DNA of 64,000 nucleotides from an uncultured delta proteobacterium (GTDB taxonomy: Bacteria > Desulfobacterota > Desulfobacteria > Desulfobacterales > Desulfosalsimonadaceae), in contig CAWGYD010000004.1 in NCBI GenBank assembly GCA_963826785.1, forward strand, positions 320,001 to 384,000, given 5' to 3'. The position numbers and the translations under genes were made by a program. Below are positions 59,240 to 64,000 of this stretch, piece after piece. Below the pieces are notes generated by a model. It was not told the origin of the DNA and made no database searches. It saw only the letters and a list, made by a program, of their open reading frames with translations. Position 1 is the stretch's first letter. The number at the start of each line of letters is the position of its first letter.

Positions 59240-60238
59240 TCAGGCGGGCTGATGCTTCCGGTGGATTTCTTCGAATTTAGAGATTTCATGCATGCTGCCG
59301 ATGGCAAACGGGATGCGCTGGTGCACTTTTTCCGGCTTGATCTCCATGACGCGCTCTTTTCCGGTGGTGGCATCGCCGCCCGCCTGACGGGCGATCATGG
59401 CCAGGGGGGCGCATTCGTATAAAAGCCTGAGTTTTCCGCCCGGCTTGCCGGTGTCCGCCGGATAAAAGTAGATGCCGCCCCGGTGAAGGATCTGGTGCAG
59501 GTCCGCCACCAGGGCGCCGGAGTATCGCAGGGAATACTTCCCATCTTCCCCGCTGGTCATTGCATCGGCGAAGCTTCTGGCGGGCTGCGCCCATTTGGCG
59601 TAATTTCCGAAATTCGCACTGATGTTTCCGCCCCGGTCCGGCATCCGGATGTTTTCGTGATCCAGCACGAATTCCCCGATTTCCTCGTCGAGCACGAAGC
59701 TGTGGACGCCCTCGCCGGCGGTATACACGAGCATGACGGAGGTCCCGTACATGATGTACCCGGCCGCGATCTGGCCGTTTCCGGCCCGCAGAATGGAATC
59801 CTCCAAAGAGGCGCCCAGGCCCCGGATGGAAAATATGGAGCCGATCACGCAGTCGACGTCCAGGTTGGACGAGCCGTCGATGGGATCCACCAGGACGACG
59901 TATTTTTCCCTGCGCTTGTCGTGGGAGATGGTGGTGGGCTGGTTGAGCTCTTCGGATACGATCGCACCGACAATGTCGACGTAGTCGAAGGCATCCATGA
60001 AAACCGTGTTGCCCAGCTGATCGAGGATCTTGACATCCTCCCCCTGGACATTGGTATCGCCGGTCAGCCCGCGCAGCCCGTCCAGGGCCGCGCGGCGCAT
60101 ATAGCTGGAAATGATCTTGGCCACCACGCCCACCTGCATGATCACCCGGGTCAACTCCCCGGTGGCCCCCGGATAGGCTTCCTGGCGACGTGCTAAAAAA
60201 CGGTCGAGGGTCATGTGTTTTTCATGTTTTTGCGACAT
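59240..60238 (-). CDS. fbp: Fructose-1,6-bisphosphatase class I
   Basis: NVQGE, DPIDGSSN, RYSGALVAD, GKLRLLYE. Confidence 0.96.
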   Translation of the reverse strand: MSQKHEKHMTLDRFLARRQEAYPGATGELTRVIMQVGVVAKIISSYMRRAALDGLRGLTGDTNVQGEDVKILDQLGNTVFMDAFDYVDIVGAIVSEELNQPTTISHDKRREKYVVLVDPIDGSSNLDVDCVIGSIFSIRGLGASLEDSILRAGNGQIAAGYIMYGTSVMLVYTAGEGVHSFVLDEEIGEFVLDHENIRMPDRGGNISANFGNYAKWAQPARSFADAMTSGEDGKYSLRYSGALVADLHQILHRGGIYFYPADTGKPGGKLRLLYECAPLAMIARQAGGDATTGKERVMEIKPEKVHQRIPFAIGSMHEISKFEEIHRKHQPA

Positions 60239-60606
60239 TTTTCATCCTTTTTTGGTTTTCGGATCCACCCGGAAACGGCAGACAGGACGCCTTACAACAT
60301 TTTTAAACCGATAACGCTGCCCTTCCAATGGGGTCTGGAATCCATTTTTTCCATTTGGTGAGTGCAATTTTCGCATATATGCGGTGCATCCATCCGCGCA
60401 GACAAGCAGTCTGAGGATGCCGGGCCCATCCTGGAAGTTGCTTCGGCCGACGGCGTTCGGGCAATTAAGATTGTTTGAAGATGATAATATACACCTTTAT
60501 TGCATGCCGGATACATGGAAGACCTGATTTAAAAATTTTACTATTTTTTTTATGGATTACGGATTAACACGATGCATTCATGAAATGTTTTTGATCAATT
60601 TGCAAT

Positions 60607-60657
60607 GGATTCGGGCGCAGTGGATTCGGGGCGACGGATTCGAGGCGACGGATTCGA
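60607..60657. repeat. Tandem repeat, 14-15 bp unit, about 3.5 copies
   Basis: GGATTCG at 60607, 60622, 60636 and 60650. Confidence 0.7.
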
Positions 60658-60716
60658 ATATCTACGCAAAAACCCGATTACATCGTGCATTCTACTTCAA
60701 TTCTGAGGAGGAAATC

Positions 60717-62150
60717 ATGGCACCACAGCAGGAGTCCGGCGCCTCATGCGATATCGGCGTCATCGGCCTGGGCGTCATGGGGCGCAATTTTTCGGCGAAT
60801 ATGGCGGATCACGATTTTGCGGTGCTGGGGTATGACCGGGACGATGAAAAACTCCAGGCGCTTCAAAACGAAAAAAAGGACCGGCACAGGATATATATCG
60901 CCCGGGAGATCCGGGATTTTGTGGAGCGCCTCCGCCGCCCCCGCGCCGTGCTGATGCTGGTGCCGGCCGGGAAACCCGTTGATTCGGTCATTGACGAACT
61001 CACGCCCCTGCTGGACGCCGGCGACCTGATCATCGACAGCGGCAATTCGCGATTCACCGACACGGACCGGCGCAGCCGCGCCTTGAGCGAATCGGGCCTG
61101 CAATTCATGGGGATGGGGATGTCCGGCGGGGAGAGCGGCGCCCGCCACGGGCCCAGCCTGATGCCCGGCGGCCCGGCGGATGCGTATGAGCGGGTCCGGC
61201 CGATCCTGGAAGCGGCGGCCGCCCGCGTGAACGGGGATCCCTGCGTGGCCCACCTGGGTCCGGGTTCGGCCGGCCACTATGTCAAGATGGTGCACAACGG
61301 CATCGAATACGGGATCATGCAGCTGCTTTCAGAAACCTACGACCTGATGAAGCGGGGTCTGGGCATGGCCCCGGAAGCGATCCACGGCGTTTATGACCGC
61401 TGGAACCAGGGGGAACTCAACAGCTACCTGGTGGAAATCACCGCCGGCATTTTTCGCCAGAAAGACGACCGGACCGGAAAATTCCTCATCGACCTGATCA
61501 TGGACCAGGCCAAGCAGAAGGGGACCGGCGAATGGACCGCCTGGGATGCCCTGGACCTGCAGTCGCCCACCTTCAACATCGAAATCGCCGTCATGATGCG
61601 CGACATTTCCGCCTACAAAAAAGAGCGGCAACAGGCCGGCGAGCAGCTGGCCGGTCCCGGGCACCGGATAGCGGCAGAGCGCGAAAAGTTTATCGGGCAG
61701 CTCAAAAACGCCCTCTATGCGGCCGTGATCATCACCTATGCCCAGGGAATGGCGCTGCTGCGCCGGGCTTCTGAGGCCTACGGCTACGGCCTGGACCTTG
61801 CGACCGTGGCCCGCATCTGGCGGGGGGGGTGCATCATCCGTTCGGCCCTGCTGGAGGACATCCGCTCGGCGTACAAATCAAACCCGGATCTTAAAAACCT
61901 GCTGCTTGATGGCCCGATGGGGAAGAAGGCGGCCGGCTGCCAGGACGACCTGCGCCGGATCGTTGCCGCCGGCGTGGCTTCCGGCCTTCCCGTGCCCGGC
62001 CTGATGATGGCGCTTTCCTATTTCGACGCCTACCGCAGCGCCTGGCTCCCGGCCAACCTGATCATGGCCCAGCGGGACTACTTCGGCTCCCACACCTATG
62101 AGCGGGTGGACACGGAAGGGGTATTTCATACCCAATGGAGGCAATCATGA
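60717..62150 (+). CDS. gnd: 6-phosphogluconate dehydrogenase (decarboxylating)
   Basis: [31 protein letters not shown]. Confidence 0.97.
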   Translation: MAPQQESGASCDIGVIGLGVMGRNFSANMADHDFAVLGYDRDDEKLQALQNEKKDRHRIYIAREIRDFVERLRRPRAVLMLVPAGKPVDSVIDELTPLLDAGDLIIDSGNSRFTDTDRRSRALSESGLQFMGMGMSGGESGARHGPSLMPGGPADAYERVRPILEAAAARVNGDPCVAHLGPGSAGHYVKMVHNGIEYGIMQLLSETYDLMKRGLGMAPEAIHGVYDRWNQGELNSYLVEITAGIFRQKDDRTGKFLIDLIMDQAKQKGTGEWTAWDALDLQSPTFNIEIAVMMRDISAYKKERQQAGEQLAGPGHRIAAEREKFIGQLKNALYAAVIITYAQGMALLRRASEAYGYGLDLATVARIWRGGCIIRSALLEDIRSAYKSNPDLKNLLLDGPMGKKAAGCQDDLRRIVAAGVASGLPVPGLMMALSYFDAYRSAWLPANLIMAQRDYFGSHTYERVDTEGVFHTQWRQS

Positions 62151-63703
62151 AAACCAGCCACACCCCCGAACCGACCATTTTCGTGATCCTCGGCGCTTCC
62201 GGGGACCTGACCTGGCGCAAACTGATGCCCGCGCTCTACAACCTCTACCTGGACGGGTGGATGCCCGAAAAATACGAGGTACTGGGCTACGGGTACGGAG
62301 ATATGTCCGACCAGGCCTTCCGGGACCATTTGCGCGGAGGCGTGGATCAGTTCTCGCGCCGGGGAAAAACCGAAGACGACCCCTGGCAGAAGTTTGCCGA
62401 AAATCTCCATTTCAGCGAGGCGGACTTGAGTGATGCCAAAGCCTACAAGGTCATGGCCAAGACGCTGGACGGACGGGACAAAAAGTGGGACACCCGGGCC
62501 AATCGCATCTTCTACCTGGCCATGCCGCCCAAGATGATCGAACCGGCGGCCCGGAACCTGGCGGAGGCGAAACTGAACCGGGAAAAGAAACGGGCGCGCA
62601 TCGTGGTGGAAAAGCCCTTCGGCCGGGACCTGGATTCCGCCCGGCAGTTAAACCGCATCCTCGGCCAGCTGTTTGATGAATCCCAGATCTTTCGCATCGA
62701 CCATTACCTGGGCAAGGAGACCGTGCAGAACATCCTGGCCTTCCGGTTCGGAAACGCCCTGTTCGAACCCCTGTGGAACCGGCAGTTCATCGACCATGTC
62801 CAGATTACCGTGGCGGAGCAGTCGGGGATCGGCCACCGCGGCGCCTACTACGACCATGCCGGGGCGCTGCGGGACATGATCCAGAATCACCTGCTGCAGA
62901 TTTTGTGCCTTATCGCCATGGAGGCCCCGGTGACCTTTGATGACAATGAAATCCGCAACAAGAAGGTGGACGTCCTTCATGCCATCCGACCGATTTCCCA
63001 GGAGCAGGTGCACCGCTTCGCCGTGCGGGGCCAGTACGGATCCGGCTGGATCGAGGGCGAAAAGGTCCCCGGATACCGGCACGAGGAGGATGTGGACGAA
63101 AATTCCATCACCGAAACCTATGCGGCGGTCAAGTTCTACGTGGACAACTGGCGGTGGCAGGGGGTGCCGTTCTATCTGCGCACGGGCAAGCGGCTTCCCG
63201 CCCGGATCTCGGAAGTCTCCATCCAGTTCCATCCGGTCCCCCACCAGGCGTTTCCCGCGGCCGCGCTCCAGGACTGGCGCCCCAACCGTCTGCTGATTTC
63301 CATTCAGCCGAACGAAGGGATCCTGCTGAGGTTCGAAGTGAAGCATCCCGGCCCCACCATGCACCTTTCCCCGGTCATGATGCAGTTTTTCTACTCGGAA
63401 GCCTTCAATATCGTGCCGCCCGAAGCCTATGAGACCCTGCTGCTGGATCTCATGCGGGGGGATGCCACCCTGTTTCTGCGAGCCGACCAGTCCGAGGCGG
63501 CCTGGGAGGTGATCAGCCCGATTCTCAATGTCTGGAGCACGGTGAAATCGACCGACTTCCCCAACTACCCGGCCGGTTCCTGGGGCCCGGAAGAGGCGGA
63601 AATCCTGATTGCCCAGGAGGGGATCAGCTGGATCACCCCCACTTCCCTGCAGTGCCAGGAGGACATGGCCACCTGCCGGGTGACGATGGAACCCCGGTCA
63701 TGA
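62147..63703 (+). CDS. zwf: Glucose-6-phosphate 1-dehydrogenase
   Basis: [28 protein letters not shown]. Confidence 0.98.
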   Translation: MKTSHTPEPTIFVILGASGDLTWRKLMPALYNLYLDGWMPEKYEVLGYGYGDMSDQAFRDHLRGGVDQFSRRGKTEDDPWQKFAENLHFSEADLSDAKAYKVMAKTLDGRDKKWDTRANRIFYLAMPPKMIEPAARNLAEAKLNREKKRARIVVEKPFGRDLDSARQLNRILGQLFDESQIFRIDHYLGKETVQNILAFRFGNALFEPLWNRQFIDHVQITVAEQSGIGHRGAYYDHAGALRDMIQNHLLQILCLIAMEAPVTFDDNEIRNKKVDVLHAIRPISQEQVHRFAVRGQYGSGWIEGEKVPGYRHEEDVDENSITETYAAVKFYVDNWRWQGVPFYLRTGKRLPARISEVSIQFHPVPHQAFPAAALQDWRPNRLLISIQPNEGILLRFEVKHPGPTMHLSPVMMQFFYSEAFNIVPPEAYETLLLDLMRGDATLFLRADQSEAAWEVISPILNVWSTVKSTDFPNYPAGSWGPEEAEILIAQEGISWITPTSLQCQEDMATCRVTMEPRS

Positions 63704-64000
63704 TCCGGGTCTTTGCCGATACCGCCTCTTTGGATGCGGCAGCAGCGGCCCTGTTTGTGAAACAGGCCGAATCGGCCATCGAAGCGCACGGCCGTTTCAG
63801 TGTGGCCCTGGCCGGGGGAGGGACGCCCGGGGGCATGTACCGGCGCCTGGCACAACCGCCGCTCTCCACGACGGTGGACTGGGGTCGGGTGCACCTCTTC
63901 TGGGGGGATGAACGGTGCGTGGGGCCTGACGATCCCCGCAGCAACGCCCGCATGGCCCGGGAAGCGCTCCTGGACCACGTGCCGATCCCAAAGGATCAGG
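63700..64000 (+). CDS. pgl: 6-phosphogluconolactonase (runs off window)
   Basis: ATG overlaps the zwf stop; [27 protein letters not shown]. Confidence 0.93.
   Translation, partial: MIRVFADTASLDAAAAALFVKQAESAIEAHGRFSVALAGGGTPGGMYRRLAQPPLSTTVDWGRVHLFWGDERCVGPDDPRSNARMAREALLDHVPIPKDQ

Noticed and set aside
1..64000. tRNA or rRNA genes, including selC
   Set aside because: No cloverleaf or rRNA-like sequence was recognised by eye; a tRNAscan/Infernal run would be needed to exclude them

Overview
Chromosomal window from an anaerobic, probably Desulfobacterales-type deltaproteobacterium (inferred from gene content). The left end (2.2-6.1 kb) is a decayed integron: a frameshifted intI 3' remnant, a 143-bp MITE (second copy at 18.1 kb), a TIR-flanked HUH/RAYT-type transposase, attC-like sites, an AT-rich cassette ORF, and an IS110/IS1111 element whose right non-coding end carries guide segments matching both its target site and its own circle junction (bridge-RNA architecture). 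The centre (26.3-38.1 kb) is a hydrogenase/heterodisulfide-reductase operon: protease, HTH-fused HdrA, MvhD, HdrD-like, FrhB-like, MvhG, MvhA, then hypCDE. Four of its genes contain an in-frame TGA at a conserved Cys position followed by a SECIS-like hairpin. A fifth such TGA lies in an exported rhodanese. 9-bp-period TTGCACA repeats lie upstream of the operon. The right part holds a Cyc2-like cytochrome-porin with partner cytochromes next to a pentose-phosphate cluster (tkt, rpiB, tal-pgi, fbp, gnd, zwf, pgl). Five apparent +1 frameshifts may be sequencing or assembly errors. All homology calls come from motif recognition by eye; no searches were run.
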